DNA of 59,435 nt, counting the filler, from Sphacelaria rigidula (taxonomy: Eukaryota), in NCBI GenBank assembly GCA_964200075.2. It is 8 parts of 8 records of this genome, joined end to end, with 100 filler letters (N's around TTAATTAATTAA, not from the genome) between each part and the next. Parts side by side here need not be neighbours in the genome. Positions count along the whole stretch, not along the records: positions 7,444 to 14,786 come from CAXNAA020015344.1; positions 14,887 to 22,228 come from CAXNAA020015345.1; positions 22,329 to 29,670 come from CAXNAA020015346.1; 5 more parts are not named here. The stretch is one strand, 5' to 3'. Below the pieces are notes generated by a model. That model was not told where the DNA came from. It searched no databases and saw only the letters and a list, made by a program, of their open reading frames with translations. This document shows, in pieces, positions 10,783 to 22,482 of the stretch; position 1 is the stretch's first letter, and each line of letters starts with the position of its first letter. The translations under genes were made by a program, and so were the position numbers.

Positions 10783-13700
10783 TTGCGCACGATTACCCTC
10801 ATGTCGCACAAAAATAGCGCCAACCCTTGCCCTCAATTGGGAAACCGACTGCTTCGCTGGACACGGAGCCAAACTACTGGCGGTTCGAAATATTTTGATA
10901 TAATCAGCGCGTCACCTTCGACTACTCAACGGACCTACGCGAGCGCTGCTCGATCTTCGGGGTTTGAAGACCAACTTTCGAGCACTGCTCGTCCTTCGGG
11001 TCTTGAAGAAGTGACTATGATGCCGCGACCTGTTCCCTCCAGTACCGATTCGGATTCAGAGAACAGGATTGTGCCACCGGCTGAGTCATTGGCTCCTGAT
11101 AGACATGTCAGTGAATCCATAACGGTAAATTCCGTCGCACCCTCCTCACTGCGGGCTGTTCTTCCGGATCCCGATATGGGATCCGAAGACAGGAACGTGC
11201 CCCCAGCTGAGTCGTTGCCCCTGGACACAAGTGTCCAGCATGACCCTGTAACGGTTGCTTCGACCGTGGCACCCCGTCGAACGACGGTTGACAAATCTCG
11301 AGACGACTCAGTCCCGACGAAGCGCATAGGTTCTGGATCAAGATATGTCGTCATGCGGATTGATTCCAAATACGGACCCCAATCGCACGACTCTCAGTAG
11401 TCCAATTCGCCCTGCTTCCCAGTCGAGTCTCGAACCAGCGGTCGCGGCCATACATTCTGCCCAGCAGAATCTACCTCGCCCTTTTTCGGCGTCAGCGGAC
11501 ACGCCAGTCCCAGCTCTAATCGAGGCATTTACGGCTTCTTGCCACGCCGCGTTCCAAGATCAATCGGTCTCCGCTCAAGTGAAATTCAATGATGACTCTG
11601 CACCTACCGAACCCGCACCCGTACGTTTGGCGCCCCGACCGGCCCCGACCGGCACCACCGCGCTCTCCGTTCGTCTCTCATGAGAGTTTCAACGAACACG
11701 AGTCCAGCCCTCCTCTACTTCGCACCAAAGTCTTGCTCGTGCTTCTGGACGGCGCCGCACACCGAAAATTGGTCACAATCACGTCACCCGTGCTGGCATT
11801 CCCAAGGACAACTCCCGGCACAGCTTTAATTCATCGAACGCCCTCACACGCCCGAAGAATGTCGATCGTAGCCGCACATACGAAGGTAGTTCACGGTCCA
11901 GTTGCATTTCATCGCGCGCTCCCGCGCGTCCGATGAATGCCGGTCGTGACCGTACTCACGAGGATGGTTCGCGGCATAGGTCGAATTCATCGCGCACCCA
12001 ACTGCGCTCCAAGAACGTCGATCATGCAACCGCGCGCACCTCTTCTGCTTCACCCTGGCCACGCCGCCGTCATTTCCGCAATGATAATACTGTACATGCT
12101 GCCTACATCCATAATACATTTTCGACATGTCACCGTCTCTCGGATCCTCAATAGAGGGATCCAGCCGCAATTCATCGCACTACTAACGACCCAGCAATCA
12201 CCGCGGCTCTGATGCTGCGATTATTCGCTCCCTTCAACAACAACTCACAAAGCAAGCACTCAAAAAGACCAAGATGGAGAACAAGGGAACAGCCGCCGCC
12301 GCTGCTGTCGCCACCGCTGCCGCTGCCGCTGCCACGGCTACTACACCTACCGCCGCTGCTATCACCACCACCCCGGCTCCCACCACAACACCCGCCCTGA
12401 CTGCCGTTGACACCGATGCCGACAGTGGGCCCGCCACGGATCCCGTCCTGGATGCCCCCATGCTCCCGACTCCGTCTGTGAAGGCTCAACCTCCGCTCGG
12501 CGACGAGCACTATCCCGCCGGCCTCCTCTTGAGGCTATTTAGGAACCGTTCCCGCGCGGAACAACTGGTGCTGATTGAGGATTATGCCTCGGAAGCGCCA
12601 GCTTTAGCCGAGGATATCCTGGCTCAGCAACGCAAGGCTGACGCTGCCGCTGCACGCCTCCTCGCGGAGGAACATGCCAAAGAGCAGAAAGATCTCCAGA
12701 GGCGGGCCGCACAGGCTCAAACGACCAACACCGCCGCCCAACGCGCCTTTCATGGAGGTCGCACTGCCGCCATGGCGGCCCAGAAACATGTCCAGGATCT
12801 GGAAGACCATGTCCGACGGACCGCCCACGACGCTGCTGCGTCGGTGGCCCGCCTCACAAACCATCAGGCCCCCCCTCCGTCCGCCGGCAACTTGCTCAGT
12901 GGCCGCCCTCGTCACCCGTCTGCGAGCCACACAGCCCAGCCCAAGACCGCCCAGTCAGCATACCGCATTCCGCGGAAGGCTGACCGGCAGTCTTATGCTG
13001 CGGCCGCGGCCGCCACCACGACAAATCCAACACCCCCGCCTCCAACAGCTACCTCCACCGTCCCTGCTGGGCCGACACCAGGCTTTCACCTCACAAACCG
13101 GGAACGCAGGTGGCTCACTCGCTCCGCTGCCCAATATACCGGCCCGTATTACTATCCCAACCACCTTCACTGCTCCCGCCAAGCCTGGAATTCGGTGTCC
13201 AAACTCGTTCACCGGCTGGTTGGCTTCTATGTGGGCTAAGACGACATTTTCCTTGAGGATGGCATCAAGTCTCTTACCGTGGGACAACTGGTTTTACATA
13301 TGACTATTGGCGCGGGACCTGATCAACCAAGACATGTGGAAGCTATCACCGATTTTTTTGCGGCGCTACGAGACGCTCACCAATCGGATCCCGACGCCAC
13401 AATCGCCGAGGATAACCAGGGTGATGATGATTGGACTCCAACGAGCCCCAACAGCAGGGGGACGAAGAAGAACCACAGGCGGGACGACAACGACAACGAC
13501 GGAGGAGGCTCACGCCGCCGCCATGGTGGTGGATGGTCCTCCTCAGGCGGTTCCGGACCGAGCCGTGCGGTCCGCAATACCCGTGGCCCGAACCGGAAGA
13601 AAACCGGAGGCAATCCTTCCTGATCTTCCGCGACAGGCTGAAACCGGTCCAACACAGACCTGCCCCCTTCGGATTCGGTGGCACCAAGGCAAGTGATAAC

Positions 13701-14716
13701 GCAGTTGGCTGATGTTTCGAGTCACATTTTATGTTTATCTGATACGGACACACCAGACCGTCCATTGTCTTCCACTGCAGCCCGAGCCTTAGCAACCGCT
13801 GCGACTGACAAAGAACGTTCAGTAGCTTGTAAAAAAGTAGCTTCCGCTAAAGTCGAGTCTGCCCGAGTAGCTGCAATACAGAGACAGTACATTCAGATGG
13901 ATGTGAAAAAGCTTTGCATATATATCAAAAACATGCCTGCTGCGGATAACGAAGATTCGGGACAGTTTACTTCTGCCCTCATCAGATCCATTCGCCGTAC
14001 CGTTCGCAATATCCTTCACTTGGCGGATGCAACTGACGCCCAACGTTTCGAAGATCCCATTTGGGTAGAGGGCTGGCAGATCCCATTTCATAAAGCATTG
14101 CATAGATCCATCAGCCGCCGCTCTCCCGACACTGCTGCTTCCTTCACACAGATCATCGACTTCTTCCTCGCCGAGATAGATCCGGATCGTTGCAAGGGGA
14201 AGACAGGCCCGATATTGCTCTCTGATTTGGAGAGGCGTCTGATAGGTAATTTCGACAGAAGCGACCAAGCGAGCGCTATCCAAAGACTGAGTTATTTTGC
14301 TGTCGCACCGGATGTCCCCTTCGCGGATTATCTTCGTGAATGTAAGCTTTTAGTCTCCGGTACTACGGGTGTCGGACGCCAAGACGGTCCGAGCGACGCA
14401 ATGTGTCAAACTTACGTTCACAGTAGCGTTGCTCAGCAGTATCCGACTCTGATGCCATCGTTGTTTCCGGGTGTCTTGGCGCATCGCGAGGTGCCTTACG
14501 TCTCTGTTGATGCTATGTGGTCTGCTCCTGTACACCAAGAGGGTAATCTAACGCCCGCCATACGTAGCAAACCTTCTACGCCTCTGCGTTCACAACCCAC
14601 GGTTGTGTCCTCCGCTCATGCCCAAGGGTCTCGCGGCAGGAACTCGAGTTCACCTCGTACTTCCTGGACTCCCGACTCGGTCGCCGGTTCAGTTATGCAT
14701 GTTCAGAGTACCAGAT
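10783..14716 (+). mobile_element. Degenerate very long Gag-like ORF of a probable LTR retrotransposon (same family as 48717-51970)
   Basis: 12274-13239, 13279-13623 and 13678-14718 share one frame broken only by TAA/TGA. It is intronless and homologous to contig 7 (e.g. IKNMPAADNEDSGQFTSALI vs IKTMPAADNEDSGQLTSALI). The Gag identity is inferred. Confidence 0.6.
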
Positions 14717-14786
14717 AACAACAAATTGTGCGATTCGAGGTTTAACTCCGAGATGAGGCTCAAGCCTAAAACAGTGCTTTCCCCAC

Positions 14787-14886
14787 NNNNNNNNNNNNNN
14801 NNNNNNNNNNNNNNNNNNNNNNNNNNNNNNTTAATTAATTAANNNNNNNNNNNNNNNNNNNNNNNNNNNNNNNNNNNNNNNNNNNN
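14787..14886. other. Artificial contig spacer
   Basis: N44-TTAATTAATTAA-N44. Confidence 0.99.
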
Positions 14887-16349
14887 ATGAGTTGCTTTAT
14901 TCTTTGGTATCGCCACTTCCAGAGACAGTCACGGCTTTTACACTGCCTCATGGGTGCTTGCCTTAGTCGTTTGACCATTGACCACGCATCCCTGTCGAGA
15001 CGGAGAGTGTGGTGGTGGGGGGGGGGGGGCAGCGTTGCTGTTTAACAGCGCCAGCAAAAATGAATGTGCTGTATCATGGCTTGGGAGAAGGGTCAGGGCG
15101 ATATTGAACTCTTCGACGGAGCAAAAAAATACTCAAGAGCGGACCACAGGTGCCATCGCGGTGACGATGTATGCCTCCACATGAATTCAGTTGCCCATCT
15201 ATGTCACGAACTCCTCCAAAATAATGACGATACAGAACAAGGTGTGAGGAAAAAGTGTTATCCAAACTATACCAGCAAGGCTGTGCTCCGAGCTGGGGCA
15301 GCCTGGGAGCGTATTTGCAGTTTGGAGGCGCATCATCACCTCAACTTTGAGAGTTGGGCGTTGACAATTTGACATAGAAAATTGCCAGGGCATAATATGG
15401 CCACGCTTGTTTGGGACATGAAGTGTTTTGTTGTTTTATGAGTCCAGCGCAAAAAACAATGTCCATGTTTCACTGAAACGGCGCTAAATCATAGGAAGAA
15501 AACTTTGTGCCTCACAAGTACGTGTTTTTGTACCCTCACGATTACAATTGTCATATTCAAATTCCAACTCTCGCAGTCAAGGTGAGAACGCCAGATTCAC
15601 AGCCCGGGTAGTTCGAAGGTGGAACAGAACTTGGGAGGCCACGTACCAGCCCAGTTTCGGTACTCATGCGTCAAACGTTCGTGTGGAGAATCGGTACGGC
15701 ACAGTGGTAAACCAACAAGACAGGAAGTGTTTTTTTGCATGAGTCAAGGACACTTTAGAGTAGTATGGACTACTTTTTCACGAGAGCGTCATTGTGTCGC
15801 CATGATAAACGAAGGCCCGATTTTATATTGGTTTCAGTATGTCCTTGCGAGTCCTCATACTAATTTCCGAGGCACAATTTGAAAGCTTGGGCTGAATAAC
15901 TGAGCAAGACCGTTTCTTGCGATTCGTGCTTGTTTGGGGTCGTATTTTTCACTTCTGGACCTCGGACAAGGTTTTTGATCCCCAACAGGGAAGGTTACCA
16001 TCATCCGTCTTGAACACTTTGCATCGCTCCAATGAGAGGAGCCTAACCCACTTCTCAGATTCGCTTGGCTCCGAGGTTTCGAAAGAGGCACCTAAATAAA
16101 TGTACGGATTGAAAATAAATTGCGGGTTCTGGAGGTGTTTTCATGTGAAGGTGAGAGTACCGATCGTTTGCCCGTGCTCCGCGGAATGTTCGCATTGAAC
16201 ATGATCATCATCCGCTACACGTACCGTTCGGAGTTTCGTGTCGACTTCGGTACGTACCCTATATACGTACGGTTTACGAAGTACCCGACATGGTGTTAAT
16301 CAACGAGAAAAACGGGTCCAGTTTTCGTCAGCACGTGGACATCTTCCTC

Positions 16350-18720
16350 AATTCAAATAAACAAGATGTGCGTATCACGACCCAATTCGTGTATGTCGAT
16401 GAGATATAGCTGTGAGAGCGTCAATCCGTTATTAGGCTAACCTATCCAGAGTATCTCGAGTATGATTTGAATCAAAACAGCTGCGGCAAGACCTGGAACT
16501 CCTGAACGGAAACGTGTCCCGGTGATTTTGTGCTAGTAGCATCACCCTACGGGCTCTGTGGGAGTTCCAGCAACGTTCCAGGGCTACAACGACTACGCCC
16601 TCTCCTTGAGGATTTGTGGTCTTTTCTAGAGATATTGAGGGACTCACCGCCGTGGCGGAGGTCAGAATCAAAAAGCAACTAGACGGTGGGATCAAATCAA
16701 GAGTTTTCCGGCGACAGCATCTGCTGACATCGTTTCTATGCACACCCGGTCTACATGGCACTATATGATACGACACGGTCGAGACACGCCATAGGGACAC
16801 GGTTTACGCATCAGTGTGGGCGGGAAAAGGTTCAGCAAATGCGCACCGGCGGATGGCGGCATGAAAAGGTGCATTGGTCCGGGCCAGCTTGTTCCTACGA
16901 GATGTTCTTCGTTGCACAAAAATAGCAGCAGTGTCCCGAGATCGTCGGTGACAGCCGTGCCGCCAAGACAACACGTGAGTTGGACACAGCAACTCCGTGA
17001 CCCACTATCGGAACATGGTACGTGCAACGACACTCTGACGTCTAAATACATTTCAGGAGCTACGCGGCGGCGCGGAAAGGGAGTGTTTGCTTCCGGAAAC
17101 GGCATGCTTTCCGATCGTATGCCAGATGGGTTTCACAAGAGGTATGTATAAAGGCACCTGACGTTCATCATTGGAATTATATGAATGGACGGCCCTGCTG
17201 TGCTGTGTCGTGGCTGTCGCTGATGCTCATAAGGTGCAGCGGTAAGGCTTCACACACGTCGCCACATATATCGTGCTGGACAAGGTATCATGTAAGGCCG
17301 GCGCGTGTATACTGTGCTGGCCATGAACTCGAAGACAACGGTTAGGTCTGGCGCAAGGTGGCGAATACTTCACACGTGTGTAGGTAGCGTACTGTAAAGC
17401 ACCCTGACAAGCTTTTGCGATCCTGTGTGGGGTTGCGCGGCGTGGATGAGCTGCGCAGGGTGTGAGGACGACTATACCTATTCTTGCGTAACGGTAAAGC
17501 CCGCGGGACCGCTTTGGGCAAAACATCGCAAAAGAACAAAGGGGAGGCAACTCTGGCATGAAAACTCAGGGCACGCAAAGTAATGAATATGTTTATCTGC
17601 TTCAGGACTATCGCCCCACATACGCAATGATGTTATGATGCAAACCTTTCAGTCATCTCAGCGTGTGGTAAACGCTATCCCGAGCACGGGATATGCTCGG
17701 GATATATCTCCTGTGGCGGTCCCAGCCGAGTACGGTGGATCGTATGCCTGGCACGACTGCATCATGTTGAGGCCCTGTACTACAACAGTATAGTGCAGCT
17801 ACTTGTATTAGGGTGGAGGATTGGATTTGTGACAGATGACTTTGATTTCACCGTGGTATACCTCCCACTGCACGAAGCGATACAGAGTAAACGTATCGTT
17901 CGATGAGACAGAACCGTTCGATATTCTTCAACAACATATTTGCCAGGTTTCATGGCATGTCATGATGACCAAAGCCACCCGCACAGAAATTGCCATTCTA
18001 CTCACACCTAGTGGTGGGGGGAAATATACGAGTACATCGCCCAGCGCTTGCCGGCATGCCATAGCTCAGAATACCGTCAAGAGTCGATTTGGAGAGGCTG
18101 CATGTGAAACAGAACCACAGCCCGAATCACCTGACGGGTGAGTGGCTGGAAAACAAAAGTCACACTCGAGTGATCAGAAATATATGACGCCCACGCATAT
18201 CACCCGCATCTAAATTGCATCGAATGCCCATGACCGGAATTGTACAAAATGACTGCATCCCTTAAGTACACTCACCATACGTTACTACACCTTACGGTGG
18301 TCACAAAGAGCAACGCACGCTGTGTGCTCAGCAAGCGCGAGACCGAACAGAGTGTAACAAATACCATGGCACACTGCAGAATTGATGGGCGGGAGTCATT
18401 GCGTTGGTCGCGTTCCCTGTTCAAGCGTGGACTCTGTTGATTTCACGAAGCGAGCGCGAACAACAAACATGCTTGTCCCTTCCGCATGAATAGTCTACAC
18501 GTACGCCGTAGCACAACATCTTCCTGCTCAAAAATGTTTGATGTAAAACATGCCATGTTTTGTCGGAATGCATGATTTGCCAACGTTTGGGAAAGTTGTC
18601 GAAGATTCACCGAATCCCTGAGGTCCTTGAGGGAAGTGGCTTCATACTGGCAGAAGTCTAATAACGTCTTCATCCGGTCTCATTCTGTTCAATTCGATCG
18701 CTATAAACCGACAAGGATAC
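16350..18720 (+). pseudogene. Possible highly decayed KDZ (Kyakuja/Dileera/Zisupton)-like transposase relic
   Basis: Ordered motif remnants across frameshifts: NLS...F..K.LR..LE...ITLRALWE; FLC...I*YD; KRE...NT...RID...VPCSS; ESCRRFTESLRSLREVASYW. Pattern recognition only. Confidence 0.3.
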
Positions 18721-20058
18721 CCTGTGTGCCGGGCAGCAGTTCACTCGAACGCTGAAAGTCTGTGAATTGTTTTTTCATGCCCAGACTGGTACGTGCACAT
18801 GCGCATGAAAATATCGACATTTGTCGAATCTCAATACCCGCACGCACATATGCTGATTTGTATAGTATACTTCTTCTGTGCCATAAGGAAAAATCTCGGG
18901 AGTTTCGCAATTTTCACATTTTCCGGCCCATTCTTCACGATTTTTCGTGTTCCCGGGTCTTTCATGCTTTTCTGGGGAAAAGAGCGAAAAATGGCCGTTT
19001 TTGGACCGATGTACTTTGTCTTGGCCCCTCAGCTGCATAGGTCAAGCACCCACGTTGTAGAAATAATGTTAGTTTTAGCTCAAAAAACGCCGACGAATGC
19101 AATAAAAAGATCGAGAATCAAATATCACACCGTTAAGGGTCCGTGCACTAGGTTACTTATGGCACAAAGGAAGTATATACATATTCTCAAAAACATTCTC
19201 GTTCTTTTGTTGTGTTATGTTCGTTCATATTCAAGATGTACAACCTGGTGCGTACCACTCAGTCTAAAACTGCAGAGGAATACTGGAGTACATGTGTGAC
19301 CAGTTTTACAGAGAAAGTTGGGTCACCTACTGTTTGTTGGTCGCTGTTGGTGGCGTGTATCATGGATACGTTTGCTCCTATCGTCCCTACATGTACAGAA
19401 ACTCACGGAAATCTGATGAGATTCGAAAAGATTGTTCGTAACTTACAGAAATCTGAGAGCGTTCCCAAGACTTGTTCCGAAATGGCGAAATATCTACACA
19501 TGTTCGAAGAATACGTCTCTCGGGTGAGAGGCATTCCGCGGGTGTTGAGTGTTCATTCTATAAAAAACACGTATTCCATGCCGGCTACATATGCCCCAGA
19601 CAGATATTTCACATATATATATATATATATATATGTCATCACGCAAGTCCTAAAACAAACAGATTACTCTTCGTACGTTGTGCCCATATGTTTTGACACG
19701 AACAGGTATTCATTCCGTAAATGCTCCGGACATACGTTCTACGGTGAACGACTGTTGAATGTGTCGAACGTGTGAAATAATCATGCATCCATACGTGCCG
19801 CGGTACCGTACCGTACCGTACGTCTGTCTGCAGCTGCGCAAACTATCTGTACAGTGGGGTGACCCATACATAGCAGGGTGTGTGAACGCCGCAGTGGAGA
19901 TGCGGGAGGGGGGCAGGGACAGTGCTCACTATGGGGGGGACACCGAGACGGAAGACTCGCGTGCTAAAAGTCGCCGTTGTATGTCGTGAGGCAAATGCTC
20001 GAGATACTCAACGTAAAGAGTGCCGATTCCGATATTTTCGTGTGCTCTTGCCGTGACC

Positions 20059-20186
20059 GTTGACCCTTTTGAAACCCACCAACGATTTTTGTTTTTGCGA
20101 TTTGGCGTCATTTTGACTTGAAAATGGGTGAAAATGATGTCAATTTACAAAAACAGAAATCGTCAACCGGTTCCAAAAGGGTCAAC
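20059..20186. mobile_element. 128-bp fold-back MITE-like element
   Basis: GTTGACCCTTTTGAAACC...GGTTCCAAAAGGGTCAAC with imperfect pairing over about 55 bp. Confidence 0.7.
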
Positions 20187-20229
20187 ATGTCGTGAAGGAC
20201 CAGCCATGCCCTCCATCGTTGGTCGGAGG

Positions 20230-21250
20230 GTCCTGCCGCCCACAAGTGCCATGCGGTAAGACGCCGCAAGTCCCTCTGTATTGTGATGGGTTGACTCTGG
20301 AGGTGTGTAAAAGATGCGAGCGTATTTCATGCTGCTTCATGCTGGGCCTGGGCTTCAGCTGTACTGTACAGCCTGTGACCTGACGAGATATGTTCGTATT
20401 CGCTACTGACTCCCACTTATTCAGCGCTCAAAGCGTTCCGTTCTGAGAATCTGGTCCAACATTGCCGAGGACCCTCGTGATCTTGCAAATAAATGCTTTG
20501 ATCACCTTTTTATGTCTTGAAGGCATCCAACCCGACATCATCAACGAGACACGTGACGTTTCTCCCGGAAGTTGTATCGCATTTTCCCCTCCCCCCGACA
20601 CAAACTGTTGCGGACCATATACGGATTTGTCACAGTTGGGTTTAGCACCCAAACGGAATGTCCGCAGCGGGATTCTCACAGCCCATGCAGCACCCAGGCA
20701 TCATCACCACGTTTGGAGGGGGAATATGGAGTGCCCATGGTAGCTCTGTACCACAGTGAACAAAAAGCGGTTCCCTGCGGCATGTGAATGTTGTATCATA
20801 TGTGGTACAGCGAGAATCTGCGCCATATAGCGTCCATGAGTCGCTGCACCACTCAACTTCGTATTCCCGGTTTGTGGTGCGGAGCTCACCGCGAATCCTT
20901 TGGTGCCGTACCGTAGATTACGATTTCCGCGCGGCACTTTACCGTGATTCGCCGAAACTCTACAGTGAAAGTAGCGAGGAACACCCGTACCGTACTCCAT
21001 CAAGAGAACAAAACTCACGCAGAAGCCGACCTAACGTGTGAGTATATCTGGCCCATTCGGCACGGGTGTGGATGGTCCTGATGAGGCCGAACTCCTTACT
21101 GTACTTCAAACCACGTCCAACCGACCGCCGCCCTTTTTCATCAACGTTTGTGCTCGGCAATTTTGTATGAAAAAAAATGTTGGAAACCCTTGGCGGCGGG
21201 TCTGAGGAATTATACGTAGTAGATGTCATAACTGTGGAACAAAATAACAT
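20230..21250 (-). pseudogene. Possible decayed IS630/Tc1-like DDE transposase
   Basis: Remnants in the expected order: KLPSTNVDEKGR...HTRAEWA, VVMMPGC, SIYLQDHE, and a frameshifted PPE-NPI resembling SPDLNPIE. Confidence 0.3.
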
Positions 21251-22097
21251 GTTGCGGGGGTGTTTGGGGCACTTTCATACAGGGCGCTCCTAGCGAGCAT
21301 AAGCGAAACAGCAATCTCCCCCGTCTCAGCGGCTGTAAACAGGCTCCCGTGCAGGGTTAGCCGCCACCTCGTCTGCTACGGGTGACAGCTCTGCCACCGC
21401 ACCTGTGCTCCATGCCACACGTTAGACCGGTCGTGCAGCTTCTTCACGCTCTGTTGCAGGGCGGCAAACGGCGTATAGAGAAGTGCCGAAGTGCAGGAAG
21501 AAGTAGTGCGCGAGGTGGTAGAGCCTCCGATATGAACCGCGTCCCGCACAGTAGTAGGGCATGCCGGCGTCAGAGACCACCGGCCTGATTCGCGAGCTGT
21601 TCTGAACATTCAACTTCCGTCGGCGCCGGTACTTCCTAATTGCAGTGTTGGTGGTTAACTGTTCGCTTCCGTTAGCGCCATCTTATGAAAACAACACTCG
21701 CGTTCAAGGTTCAGGACCTCGGGTTCGATAACTGTGTGGTCACCGTACTTCGATTTTCCCCTGTAATTCTCCGGTACTTCCAATTGTTTATTTCATAACT
21801 CCCATTTTCGTTTTCTCAGGGAAGAGAAAGGGGCTAGAGAAGGGGGAGATGAGATAGCAGCTGGATTTACTCACACCTTATTTTGTTGTTGGTAGGCATG
21901 GGAAAACAAAAAGTATGTTACAGTTTCGTCTCCCGTGTCCATGAAGGCGCGTGGTTTTTCTTCGCGTGGAGTTCTTCCGTTTATCCGTTTTTGTTCCCAA
22001 CTTCAAGACCAAATCTCGGATCTACATGTCATGGGGGGCGCCACTATTTCGATTGAAAATGTCGGGCCAGCGCAGTCGTCACTCGTCACTCGTCAAA

Positions 22098-22228
22098 GCC
22101 GGTCGCCCCGGTGGCTCAGTTGGTAACCTCATAACCTTCTGACGGTTGAGTTGTGGGGTTCGATTCCCGGAGCGATCTGGGATTATTTCTTACACCATGC
22201 CCAACACGGGAGGCCGACAATGTGGTGG
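22098..22228 (+). mobile_element. tRNA-derived SINE head (copy 1)
   Basis: A box TGGCTCAGTTGG (22112-22123), B box GGTTCGATTCC (22157-22167), broken D-stem. Homology to 29564-29670 extends beyond the tRNA-like part. Confidence 0.8.
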
Positions 22229-22328
22229 NNNNNNNNNNNNNNNNNNNNNNNNNNNNNNNNNNNNNNNNNNNNTTAATTAATTAANNNNNNNNNNNNNNNN
22301 NNNNNNNNNNNNNNNNNNNNNNNNNNNN
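22229..22328. other. Artificial contig spacer
   Basis: N44-TTAATTAATTAA-N44. Confidence 0.99.
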
Positions 22329-22401
22329 TTGGATGAGATAAGGGGCTCCTAACAATTCTAAGCTCAGAAATTATTTCTGTACCCCTACCGTAGCATCACT
22401 C
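22329..22401 (-). mobile_element. End of a GAG...CTC TIR MITE (same subfamily as 33533-33793)
   Basis: Reverse complement GAGTGATGCTACGGTAGGGGTACAGAAATAATTTCTGAG...TTAGGAGCCCC matches 33533-33606. Confidence 0.75.
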
Positions 22402-22482
22402 AGCTGTTACGCAAGCAGTTCTTATAAACCCTGGTGCTACTTTGTGCTGTATACGCGTATGCCCAATTTGTCCAAATATCAG

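Noticed and set aside
16816-17151. SET-domain exon (RRRGKGVFAS)
   Set aside because: No other SET motifs or convincing splice boundaries.
22102-22176. Functional tRNA-Gln(CUG) gene
   Set aside because: The D-stem cannot pair, the acceptor stem is mismatched, and homology between copies extends past the tRNA part, as expected for a SINE.
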